Shown: positions 23,954 to 35,966 of the stretch, in pieces
Position numbering within the stretch: position 1 is the stretch's first letter
How the letters are laid out: every line of letters starts with the position of its first letter
Assembly (NCBI GenBank): GCA_000165425.1
Contig: CT868649.1
Coordinates: forward strand, 558,001-622,000
Source of the DNA: Paramecium tetraurelia
Taxonomy: Eukaryota
Length of the DNA stretch: 64,000 nt
Reading direction: 5' to 3'
Program-made: the position numbers and the translations under genes
The notes under the pieces: generated by a model
The model's database searches: none
The model's input: the letters and a program-made list of their open reading frames with translations, nothing else
What the model was told of the DNA's origin: nothing

Positions 23954-26900
23954 ATGTAATTGGATGAGAGTAATAAAACAAAGAAAAATGAATAGTCTAT
24001 TCTTAAAGAAACCTCCAAAAACAGAAATGTAATTACCGATAATTATCATGCAAGATAGTTTCTAAATTACAAGGAAATCCAGTAAGATTATAGGGATTGA
24101 AAGACAGTTTTAAATACTTTACGTTATTAAAAAAGAATCAATATTTGGAGAGAAAGCAATATAGAGTTAGCAGAGATGAGACTTTAGTTTGTTCCTGCAT
24201 AATGTGTCCTGAGGATCAAATATAAAAGTACATTAAATAGTAAAAATAGTCGACCTTAAGGTCCGTAATATTCTTATAATTGCGGTGAGAGATGCTTGAA
24301 TAGATTCACTTGTACGGAATGCGATGTAGAGTTGTGTCCGTGTGCAGAACAATGCAAAAATCGAAGATTTTAGAAACATGATGATGCATGTGTTTATCCA
24401 TTGCGTTGTGGAGGGAAAGGAATGGGTTTGTTTGCTGGCGAACGTATTTTGAAGGGACAATTCATAATGCAATATGTTGGCGAGATATTTCAAATAAATA
24501 GTGCATTTGGGAGACGACGAGTGCAGGAATATTCGGTTTGAATTGTGTGTTTATTTTAGAAATCTACATGCACTTATTTAATGAAACTCAACAATCAAGA
24601 AGTTATTGATCCAACATCGAAAGGGAATCTAGCAAGATTTATAAATCATTCATGTGAGCCCAATTGTATTACAGAGAAATGGAATGTGTTAGGAGAAGTA
24701 TGTATAGGAATATTTGCCATACGAGACATAAATGAGGATGAAGAATTGACCTTTGATTATTAATTTGACGTATTTCATACACCCTTGACTAAATGTCTCT
24801 GTGGGGCTAATAAATGCAAGGGGTATTTGGGATTGAAACCAACTGATGTTACATAAGAAGAGTGGGAAGAACATCTGGAAAATATGGTATGCAAAATATG
24901 TTAAACTAAAACACCATAAGATGATGAGTAACTATTGTTATGTGATAAATGCAATTGTGGATTCCATTTATTATGTCTTGTACCTCCATTGTCATCAGTA
25001 CCAAAAGATGCTTGGTATTGTTAGGAATGCTAGGATGAGAAAAGAATATTGGCTGAATCTGAAAAAGAGAAAGAAAAAATAGAAGGCTTATTATAGTAGA
25101 AAGTCAAATAGTTGAATAATGAGAAAAAGAATAAGAAAAAGATGAATTCATCATCTTCTTCAAGTGATTCTGATAGTGAATATGATAACAGATATAAAAT
25201 GATGAAATCTTTGGAGAAATAAACAGTCAGAGAATATTTATAATAGAAATAACATTAATAATAATAAATTAATAAATTAGAGGAGGATGTCAATTATAAT
25301 AAAAAAGAAGAGTTGGATACTAATATCTCAGATTTACCTCTGCCTTCAAAGAGTATCAAATCTACAGGCACATCATTAAATAATCTTGATCAATATGTTA
25401 AATCATCAATAGACTTACAACAATAGAATAGTGGTAAACTCTCGTAGATGCAATCCATAGTTGATGTAGCCTAGAAAAAATTTGAAGAAGCAATATGATA
25501 ATAATACTGATTTTGTAATAGTAAATAGAATAGATTCAAGTGTAAAATATCCAAAATATTGATACTAAAAAGGAATGCTTTAAAATCAATATTCTTGAAT
25601 AGAAAGTAGTCAAAAAGAATGCTCCATTAATTTATAAGATTGGAAACAAAATCAGTTTTGAATAAATAGATCAATAATATGCAGATTTCTTCAAGAAGGA
25701 GAATAATTTGACTGTTATTGGTTCTGTTTAATAGATAAGTATCTTTAGATCAATCCTAATCATGATTGAATAAATTATCAAAGAATTGAAAAAAGAACTA
25801 GGAATCATAGAAGGGTAGATTAAAGTACCAATTATATATTTAAAAAGATTAATAAATAAATTGTATTTATTTAATTCTAATTCTTAATAGCAACAGTTTA
25901 GATAAAAAACAAGAAGTTAACATTATATATAATAAATCATTGGCTCATAGTGAAGAGATATTTCCTATGGACAAAGCTACTCCAATCAAAATTAAGGGGT
26001 CTAAATAGAACATTGAATCAACTGTCCAAGAGATATCAAAAATCTTAAAAACATTATGCGTTTAAAGACTGTATATCAGCAGAAGTGAAACTAAGACTGT
26101 TTAATAAAACATGTATCATCTAAAACAGCATGCTGAAATTCGTATTTCAAGAGATTCGGTTTATAATGCAAAAGGCGAACAAACGTAGAGGGATATCAAT
26201 CATCCATTCTTTTATATACAATATAGGGAGAAGGAAGTCTGTTTAATTGGCACTCTTCAATAAGTTTAAGAGACTAGTAATGCTATTAAATTACTATTGG
26301 AATAAGAGACTAATAATGATAAGGAAATGACTTACTTCACTGTCCTCATTTCTCCACAATATAAAGAAATAATGTAAATAAGTCAAATAGAGAATTGAAA
26401 AAGATTCTTCATCTACCAAAGTACTATTGTTTGAAGCCTCACATCCTAGAAAGAATATGACTATATTGATATTATGTTTAAGAAATCAGATTAAATAAAC
26501 TAAGCAAATGTTTTTTGAAATGATTTAAGAGGATTGTCAATTAAAATTGGAATAGTTTTAAGATTAAATGTCAATGTAAATGTGTAGATACGTATTCAAA
26601 TATTTATAAAATACTATGATGACTAATGATATGGCATTTATGAAGAATTGGGATCTTATTACACCATATTTTTATTAATTTAATATTTTGAAGTACAGAG
26701 AATAGAAATTTGATAATTGGTTTGTTAAACGTTGTTATCCATCATTGCTAAGAGATTATGAAACCTAATTGTATATCTAATATTGCTTAGGAAAGGAAAT
26801 CTAAAAGAATCTAACTGATTAGGAATAAATGTAGAGAAAAAAGAATTTAATCCTATTGACAAGAAAGATCCTGACTGCTATATTGGGATTTAAAAGACAT

Positions 26901-27704
26901 TTGCCAGATTAGACTTAATAAGATGGAAACTAATAACAGGATTAATAATTCAGGAGATTTAATAGTGTATAACAGGATGACACTCCTAAATTATAAAATT
27001 TGCCTGTAATTTAATTGATTACTCAAACATCTTAAATCAGCAAAAGAAGTGATAGATAGAAGGACAGTAGCGATGACAGTTCCTCTGATTCCAGCAATAA
27101 CCAACATCAAAAGAGATAAAGTAGTTCAGAATCAGGTAAAAGTAGAGATATGTCAACAAAGCAAAAGCATAAGTCGCATCATCATAGATATAACTATAAT
27201 TAAAAAAGTCCGGTTGATAGGTATGATAAATATAAATACGAAAAATCGCACTATTATGATAAATCAAAATAGAAACAAAAATACTAGAGTTATAAATATG
27301 AGAGACCTAGAACTAGTAGAAGATATTATGATGACCATGACTACTCTAAAAGCAGGGGGTATAACAAAAGAAGTAATTATCCTATGTAATGTAAGGGTCC
27401 AGCAGTGAAGGTTCATAAAAGTCTTAGGATTACAGAAGGAAAAGATAGGAATCTGTAGACTCTGATAAATATAAAAATAATAAGTATTATAGTGGATTTT
27501 AATTTGAAAGAAGACATCCCAAGACTTACAAATATGATTATGAAAGTAGTTTCAATTTTTATATATTAGAATCTACTAAAATGCAAGAAAGCCAAAGAAA
27601 GATCTCGATCAAGACAACGAAACAAATCAGATAGTAGCGATGGCTATCGAAGAAGATCCAAATCAACTCACAAATCCAAGAAATACTATAGGAAGTATTA
27701 GTGA
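23954..27704 (+). CDS. SET2/ASH1-like histone lysine methyltransferase (AWS-SET-postSET-PHD) with KH-like and RS-rich C-terminus; 3' half appears disrupted
   Basis: [80 protein letters not shown]. Confidence 0.88.
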
Positions 27705-27725
27705 AATTTAAATATATAATTTATT

Positions 27726-28413
27726 ATGGATTAAGTTAAGCCAAAAGTATTTTTTGTTTTGGGAGGTATTCTCTAATCGAGCAATTAAAATAGGACCTGG
27801 AGCAGGAAAGGGTACTTAAAGTGCAAAAATGGTGGAGAAGTATCATTTTGTTCACTTATCTGCCGGTGACTTGTTAAGAGAGGAGGTAATTCAGTAAATT
27901 ATGTTTTCAAGAGATCCAAAAAAACACAAAATGCTGAATTGATTGAAGAAATCATTAGGAGTGGATAAATTGTCCCAGTAATTATGATACATATTTTAAT
28001 AGAGTCACATTACTATTGGGTTATTGGAATAGGCTATGCAAGCTAAGGGTTTAGATAAGATGTTTTTGATTGATGGATTCCCCAGAAATCAAGAGAATTT
28101 CGACGTTTGGATCAAATTAATGGGTGATAAAGTGGAGTTTAAAAAATTGTTTTATTTTGAATGTGATGAGGAGACCTTAAAAAATAGAATAAAGATCAGG
28201 GCTTAAGAAAGTGGAAGATCAGATGATAATGATGAAACTCTGGTTAAAAGGTTGAAAACATACAATGAATCTACACGACCAATTATATGTAAAGATTAAT
28301 TGTAAGCATTAGAATATTTTGATTCTCTATCACAATGCATCCATATAAAGGCAGACAAAGCTATTGATGAGGTATTTCAAGAAATTACAAAGAAATTAGA
28401 TGAAATCTTGTGA
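27726..28413 (+). CDS. UMP-CMP kinase (adenylate kinase family)
   Basis: VFFVLGGPGAGKGT, HLSAGDLLREE, FLIDGFPRN, GRSDDN; four tiny introns. Confidence 0.93.
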
Positions 28414-28427
28414 TATTAAAATTAATA

Positions 28428-29761
28428 ATGCATGCAGATTCATTTCTAACCACCAAATATACTAGTTTTAACCGTTCTTTACACAAAACTAGATCTTATT
28501 CCTTTTAACACCATTCAGTGGATAATGCTCGTCCAAATCTAGCATAAAAGAAGGAAATTGAAAATAATAGACAATAACATCATAGCGTCAATATCTTATA
28601 ACAAATCCCTCAGAATATCTCAATCATAACTCTCTTTTCAAAGCCGATCGTTGAGTAACTATTGTTGAGATAATCTGATTTATATATGAAATGTAAGTGA
28701 TTATTAAGAATAACTATAGAATTTAAGATCTAATTAAGTTTAATCCTTGATTAAGGCAATTTGTAATAATTTCAGGCACTCATCTGTATGACTGCAGATA
28801 TTTTACTCAAAATTAAGGATTTTAATAATGCCTGTTATTACTATAATTAATATGTAAATTTATTATAATATTTGAGAGAATTTTAAATACCCTAACCAAA
28901 AATCACTCAGAGAAGGCAGTGTCATTTATAGGATTGGCAAATTGTGCAACTGAAGTCAAAATGAACAAAGAAGCATTATTATTATTGAAAAAAGGACTTC
29001 AATACTCATGGTTATGTAAGGAACATGAAATTTAAATATACGAAAGAATGGCTATAAACTATTATTATTTAGGATAAATTGAGGATTAATTGTATTTCCA
29101 TGAAAGAGGCTTGCTTGGCGTATTTGAAGCAGAAGAATCACCAATTAAGAAATTCAGTTGTGAAGCTTTAAGAGATCAAATAAGGAAGAATGTAATTGAA
29201 ATTAAAACTCTTTGTCCTTAATTATTGAATTATTTGAATCTTCCCATTTTGTCTGAAAATGAATTAAACAATAAAAGCCAAAATTGCATAAGAAGATCTC
29301 ATACAAAAAAATAGATTATCTATACAGCTTAAGAATAATTAGAAGTTATTCTAAGAAATTGCGATGAATTTTAATTCCAGATTAATACTCCAAGATATTA
29401 AAGATTAATTTAATATGAATCTCAAAAAAAATAAACTGATGAATTTCGTCACCCTCTAATAACAAAAACATCATATTCAAAAGAAAAAAGAGTTTATGAT
29501 ATAACAGATTCAACAATTTATAAATTGCCATTTGAAATGTAAGTAAACAATAGAATTCAGCATCCTTATATATTTGAAGATATAAATTCTAAGATGTATA
29601 AGTAATTAAGAACAAGAAATCCAAATCAAAAGTTTGGTTTAAGAAACAAAGTTCTGCTGAATCATCAAAATAGAGAAGACTTCCATTATTAGAAGAATGG
29701 AGCTTGTCTATATAGATAGATTTAAGCTATTTTTAAGAGGTATGCTCATTTATTTACTTGA
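28428..29761 (+). CDS. TPR-like repeat protein
   Basis: DFNNACYYY, ALLLLKKGLQYSW, IYERMAINYYYLGQI..YFHER helical repeats. Confidence 0.75.
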
Positions 29762-29850
29762 ATCAATATACATTTCTATTTTTCAGCATAATAGACAATT
29801 TTATATTTTCAGAAATATATTATTAATTGCTCTTCTTAAATATTATAAGA

Positions 29851-31257
29851 TCATTCAAAGTTTATACTGAATCCTAGATGCTCCATTAATGTCTTTTCAA
29901 TTTCCTATCTATCCTTTCCCAAAAAGATTAGCTATAATAAAATCTAGTCGTTACTTTATCATTTGTCCTTGTGGGCAAGAAAGGCTTTAACATTTTGTAG
30001 AATCCCATTACAAAACCAGACATATTAATGATGAATACCTTATTTTGTCTCTCTGGAAAAAACTGTAACACCATATTAAGAAGGCTTTTAGTCATTTAGA
30101 GATCAAAGTTGGAGAACCCAAATCCATCTACATCCAGAATTGTAATATAGGAATCTACAAAACCTTTACATGATCGACACACATCCTCAAGAAAAGCTAT
30201 AAAGTACCATTTATATCTCTCGAGATCTCTAAATGTTGTAAACGATTAAATACATTTTATCTGGTTATAATTTAGATTATTTAGTGTATACAACTTATCT
30301 CCCGCATTTGCTCTCCCCTACGATTTCTAGTATTCCTTTGAATTCTGGAAATTGCTTTGCTGATAACCGATTAATTCGATGTTGTCTTCTCCATTCCTAA
30401 ATAAATCAAATATATATACAATCCAATTCATTATTGCAGCATATGAGGCATCAATATCAAATCTAAAATTACAAAATGCTATAATTACACCCTCTTGCAA
30501 TAAGCCATCTTATCAAAGTATTACTAGAGAGTTTGTATTCACATACTTTTTAAAATAATTTATAATAAATGTCTTAGTCTTCTTAATCCAATTAGGTAAC
30601 TCTATTATAAAATATGAGTATATGATACCGATAATGTTCATTGATGTATTTTTCATCAGTTTCTTTGGGTGAATACTCACAAGTGTCATTGTAATTGCAT
30701 ACATATTTATTTGATTCATCTTCCTCTTCATCTAAACGGAACTCAGATAAAATTGATTATTTTTCAAATAACTCTGCATTTTCCAAACTTGAATAATTGA
30801 TAATGCATTCTCTTAAAAACTTAAAAAATGCATAATTTGGTTTTGATTTTAGATGTTAAATAATTGTTAAGATTGTTCTTGATTTTTCAATTTTAGAAAA
30901 TACTAATTATTAAACCATAATCGCATCGTCGTACTTTCTATAAATTCCTTAACTTGATTCATTGATTTTGAAGAAGTGATATTAATACTTAAGAGAATAG
31001 ATTTAATTTTTGAATTTGCATCTTTCGATAAAACTTCCATCAGATATTTATTGTTTGTCTATTCTAAAATATTAGACTCTCTCGTCTAATATGGAATTGA
31101 GGGGTAATAGATTATTAAGAATAATGTCTCCTCTTTAATAGAAACTATTAGTTCCTGTATAAAATATCTTCACATTTGACATTTGTTTGGATTGAATCCA
31201 ATGCATTTTCTGGCATTGTTTAAGTGTATGAAAGAATTCCTATTCTTGTTAATTCAT
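29851..31257 (-). CDS. CRAL-TRIO (Sec14) lipid-binding protein with extra N-terminal domain
   Basis: TLIRWLIARGFD, ILDVDGFGFSNFD, FPERQNKVFIINM..YKMLKPFLP..DKLIFL. Confidence 0.82.
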
Positions 31258-31307
31258 AATTTAAATATATATATATATAAATTTCGTTTGTTTAATTTGA
31301 TTGAGGG

Positions 31308-31444
31308 TGAGTCTTTCGACTCTTCAGAAATTGGTGGACGACTTCACAAGGAAGTCATACACTCACATTGGAGTAGTTTTCAATTAGCAATCTCGCGTAT
31401 CCGTTGGTACGTCACTTACAGCGATATTGCCCCTGAATAAGGAT
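31308..31444 (-). ncRNA. U4: U4 spliceosomal snRNA
   Basis: 5' AUCCUUAUUCAGGGGCAAUAUCGC (U6 stem II arm), conserved UUGCUAAUUGAAAACU (stem I), central stem-loop, Sm site AAUUUCUG, terminal hairpin GAGUC-GAAA-GACUC. Confidence 0.93.
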
Positions 31445-31469
31445 AAGTTGTCTAACAATTCTGGTTTAA

Positions 31470-31506
31470 TTTAAATACTCAAGACAAATTTTGAATTTTA
31501 TGGGTT
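31470..31506 (-). promoter_or_regulatory. snRNA upstream element plus TATA-like box of U4
   Basis: AACCCATAAAAT-N5-ATTTGT-N6-TATTTAAA-N25-ATCCTT. Confidence 0.75.
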
Positions 31507-31572
31507 TCTGGAGTCCAATTCATTTAAAGTTTCTTTAGTAAATATACATAATAAAACTAAAATTGATATTGG

Positions 31573-32208
31573 TCATTTTTAATTAATCAGGTATTTGGCT
31601 CCCTTCTTGGCAAGAAACTGTTTAATGTTTCTCATTTTTTTTTATTACTCTTAAGATCCCTTGTAATATCCCCATAGATTAATCCAGTTCAGACAAGCTC
31701 CAATACCTGCTAAGAATATCTATTGCATTAATAAAACGATACATCTATAAGTCCGAATTAAAATATGTTTGCAAAAACGAAGAAAGCCCATAAACAAGAA
31801 GACCCAAATTGGCAATACCAGAAAACTGTTGAATCTATTGCATTCACTTCTCCTTTGTTATAAAATTCATATTTATAAATCTCTTAACCATGAAATGATA
31901 AATCTGTGTACCATCTTACTCCAATTAAATATCTTCCGGTAACATTTTTTACCAAATAAAAATCAACCCCATGACAAATCAATAAAATTATCATCTCATA
32001 AAACATATTTTAAATGAAATATCCCAAAAGTAAGTACCTATAATTAAATCAAATATGATTACGAAAAAAAGGCGCATGCTTTTAGCAGAATATGTAGTAA
32101 CCACATTATAGGATGACTATCATCTTCTTTTAATAGGTCAAGATGAGATATGTATGTATCCTATTGTTGTACATCATGCATTTCTATCTCCTATTGTTAC
32201 TTACTCAT
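31573..32208 (-). CDS. TVP23: Golgi membrane protein TVP23/FAM18
   Basis: HPIMWLLHILLK, DFYLVKNVTGRYLIGVRW, DSTVFW. Confidence 0.88.
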
Positions 32209-32412
32209 TGTTAATATATATATATGATTATTAATCAAATTAATGATTAAGTTAATCTATCGATTTGCAACTAATGACAGTTGAAAGACAAAAATAATAA
32301 AACCTCACTAAAATATATCCTTAAAAGAGTTTTCTAATACAACATTTTATTTCAAATTTTGAGATTTTTCATTTATAAATAAAAGAAATCAAAACCAAAA
32401 TCATTTCCATTT

Positions 32413-34017
32413 TCATTAATTTTCTTACATTTTTTTCATCAGAGTATCAAAAAATTCTTAATGAGATATTTAACCATCTCCATTTTAATCAAAATCTTTG
32501 ATTAAATCCTTCCAAACAGTACTCTTTTCTGCTGCTCCTGCCATCACTTTTTTTAATTCTGCTATCGTTATTTATCCATTTCCATCCTATTCATAGAGTT
32601 AATAATTTACTTAATCAAATAATTTAAACACTTTCTCGATCTTGTCCTTTTCTACTAATTGATTATATTAAGAGGCTGCAACTAGAAATTCTGAATACTC
32701 CAAAGTATCAGAATGATTGAAATCTCCCTTTTTTAATATTTCCTATACAACATGTTCTGCTTTCAGTTCATCATTGTAAATCTTCATATATCCTTGCTTC
32801 AATTCTGAATGAGACAGTTTTCCATCTCCATTTCTGTCCATAGATTTGAACTATTAAATTAGTTTTTGTTTATCCTTACTATTCATCATTGTGGAAGCTA
32901 TTAGTTACAGAATGGCTTATTGTAATTTGCTACAACTCTATATTTAATATCATTACATACATGAAATTGCTTTAAGTTTTCTAAAACCTATTTATCAATT
33001 GCTGCATTGTTCTTATTATCTTAAATCCAAGGATCTAAAAGTGCTTATTCTACAGTATATCTATTTTTAGGATCAAAACTCAGCATTTTTTTCACGAAGG
33101 CTTTTGCCTTGTTGGTTTTAATCTTTTCAATGACTAATTAAATAATAGACATATGAGATACGGGCATAATCGATTTCATTACGAGTAATCATTTCGCATA
33201 TCCTTTGTGGATCAGTTTCATTTCTGTAGGGAAATGATCCAGTCAGAAGCTACAAAGTCATGATTCCACAGGACCATACATCACTCTTTTCATTTGAATT
33301 GTCTGTTATTGCCTCTGGTGCTATATATAATGGCTAAGGTTTAGAGATTTTAATTACTGTGCCAGCGATATCAACATCATTTTGATCAACTGGCTTGGCT
33401 GCTCCGAAATCAATTAATTTAATCTAAGCTTCCTGTTCATCAGATTCCAGTAATATATTTTATGGCTTCACATCTCTAAAGTTCAATTATACATTTAAAA
33501 TTACTTATGAACTATCCCACAAGTGTGACAATGATTTAATGCTTCCAATACCTATTTGATATAATTGGCAATTTGCTGCTCTTTCAACTCCTTCTTCTTA
33601 TTCAATAATTCAAGTAATTCTCCGCCACTTAAATATTCATAAACTATATAAAAATGTGAGCTATCCTGAAACAGTTCATATATTTTCACAATATTGGGAT
33701 GGTCAAAATACATCATGATTTAGCATTCATTGGCTATAAGTTTTTCATTTATTTTCTGAGATTTTATAATCTTTTTCATTGCTCTCTTCTGTTCACTCAT
33801 CAAATGAACAACTAAATTAACTTCTCCTTAAGCCCCTAGTCTCATTATAAATTAATACCTTTTCCTAGAGGTTTCTCTATTCTGTAATGTTTTAAAAGAT
33901 CTCCACCCTTTAAATTAATGAATAAGGAAGGCCCTACAAAAAATGGATTATCGGCCATGTCTTTTCTCTGTATATTGCTTAAATACCTTTATCTTGCTTA
34001 CTAGCGGCGCAACCCAT
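32413..34017 (-). CDS. Calcium-dependent protein kinase (CDPK)
   Basis: MGC N-terminus; GKGAQG, AMK, HRDVKP, DFG, APE; EF-hands DRNGDGKLS, DFNHSDTLE, DQDGNGQIT, DQNGDGQIS. Confidence 0.93.
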
Positions 34018-34048
34018 TAAACTTTATAATTGATTTAATTAATATTCA

Positions 34049-35747
34049 TCATTATAATTTATTTATCATTTAGTTTAATAATTATTTATAACTCTTTTTT
34101 TGATCTTATTTCTCAAACTATTCTAAATGATCTATTATTTCTTTTTACAATACTAAATTCAACATAGTATTCTTTCCTAAAATTTATTAGATTTGCTTGA
34201 TCCCATTTTACTGGATTTTATTAGACTAATATTCTTTATCAGCTTTTAACATATTTAATAATTGATTAAATTCCTATTAAATTTCTTCTGACTTAATAAA
34301 AACTCTCTAGTTCTTAACATAGTCCTTCGCCTTTTCATTAATTCCTTTCTAAACTTCTAAAATAAACTCATCAAACTGATAAATATCTTTTGTTAGATTC
34401 GTAATCATCTAAGAATTGTCACTTAAGATTAATCCATCTTCATATTTCTTCCTTTTTGGTTACAAATAATTAACAACTTATGATTTTTTGACTTCCTAAT
34501 TAGGAAAACAAGACTTAAGATTTTCTAATTTCTATTACCTTATTTACTATTCCCATTATTAAAGACACTCTAACCTTATAAGAGCATATAATACCTTCAT
34601 AAACAAAGGTGGTTTTGGATTCACTAAAGTATAAAATACTGAGAATCAATGCCTCATTTTTTAAGACTTACTTTATATAATTTATATCTTTTCGCTAAAT
34701 CTTTTTAGATCTATTTAAGTCAAATTTTGAAAAAGATTATAATAGCATATCATGTCTTATATTCAGATAAGTATGGGTTTCAATGAATTCCTTTAAATAT
34801 TAATCAAGTTAAATGCATTATAATAAATATTTGTCAAATTAAACGATTTCTCTGCTTATAACTTATCTTGGAGTTACATTGGTTGAATTTCCAATAATCC
34901 ATTAATTGTGTAATATCTAATTGTAATTCAATCTCTATTCAGGTTATTCATTCAACATTTCAATCAATAATTTTCTTTAAAGAAATGGAATTGTGGGATC
35001 TTCAGGGTCAAATAATATTTATTTTTGCAAGTCCTTCACTGTATAAGGATATAGATATTTATATTTATTAGGTAAGGAGCCTTTCAATAAAATGTAAAGT
35101 AGAATTCCGCATTTCCATACGTTTAATTTCTCGATATCCGATTATTCAGTTTCAGGAGGGTTAAAGATTGATATGGTAAATGATTCCTTTTTTTATTTGA
35201 TATAAATTCCATTCAATAAAACATTCCCTTCAGGTGTCACTAGAATTTGATTAGGAGATTGCAAACTAAATCTAAACATCTAATTACTAATATGTAATTT
35301 TTAAATCATTTAACATCTTTAAAGTTTAGATCAATTATTTGAATAATTATTTAGCCGATAATTCATCAAAGGACTCTTTCTTAAGGCAATACTCAAAAAT
35401 GGACAAACCCTATGGTTTTCTGAAATATTGAATATTAGTACGATTGAAATATTATTGAATAGGAATCAGTTTAATATACTTTTTCTATTTTATGTATATT
35501 TTAAATGGTTATGTTCATAATAAATTTTAATTGGTCATCATTGATTTTTTGTACTACTGTCATTATCTTTTCTTTTTAATCACAACCATCCTTCACTAAG
35601 TAGGATTGTGTGTTCTTATCTTTAATATTTGATTAGTTATCTACCAAAATGATGGGTTTTAATCATGGTAATTTAGGTTTCTAAATCAGTAGGTCCAATT
35701 TGTTTAATATTGGAACTTTGAATTAATTTTTTTTGACAAATGCCCAT
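34049..35747 (-). CDS. CDPK-like pseudokinase with degenerate EF-hand region
   Basis: MGIC N-terminus; C-lobe PPE..VWKCGILLYILLKGSLP..PEQRL..HNQWI retained; HRD and DFG replaced; FSKFDLNRSKKI EF-like loop. Confidence 0.72.
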
Positions 35748-35966
35748 TTATTATAATTATTAATTTTAACATATTCTAATAATTTATACCTATGCTCAAA
35801 GTTCCTAGTTTATTTTAATACACCAATTAAACTACTAATTTTTCAGCATAATATATTTTTCTCAATTTCTATAAAATGTATCGAATATTAAATTTAATAA
35901 CTTTTGAGCTTTAAGAAGGTTCTGGAAAGTGAAGAAAAAATATTATTTTTTTTTAAATTATTATTC

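Noticed and set aside
26372..26384. Euplotes-type AAA-TAA programmed +1 frameshift
   Set aside because: AAA-TAA lies in the +1 frame rather than the 0 frame, and TAA is a sense codon here
27049..27408. 119-aa ORF in the track
   Set aside because: Alternative frame of the RS-rich SET gene tail
31305..31330. CTGAAGA-GTC-GAAA-GAC on the minus strand resembling a hammerhead ribozyme core
   Set aside because: No GAAA after stem II; fully explained as the U4 Sm site and terminal hairpin
31183..31440. 85-aa plus-strand ORF in the track
   Set aside because: Antisense to U4 and to the CRAL-TRIO gene start
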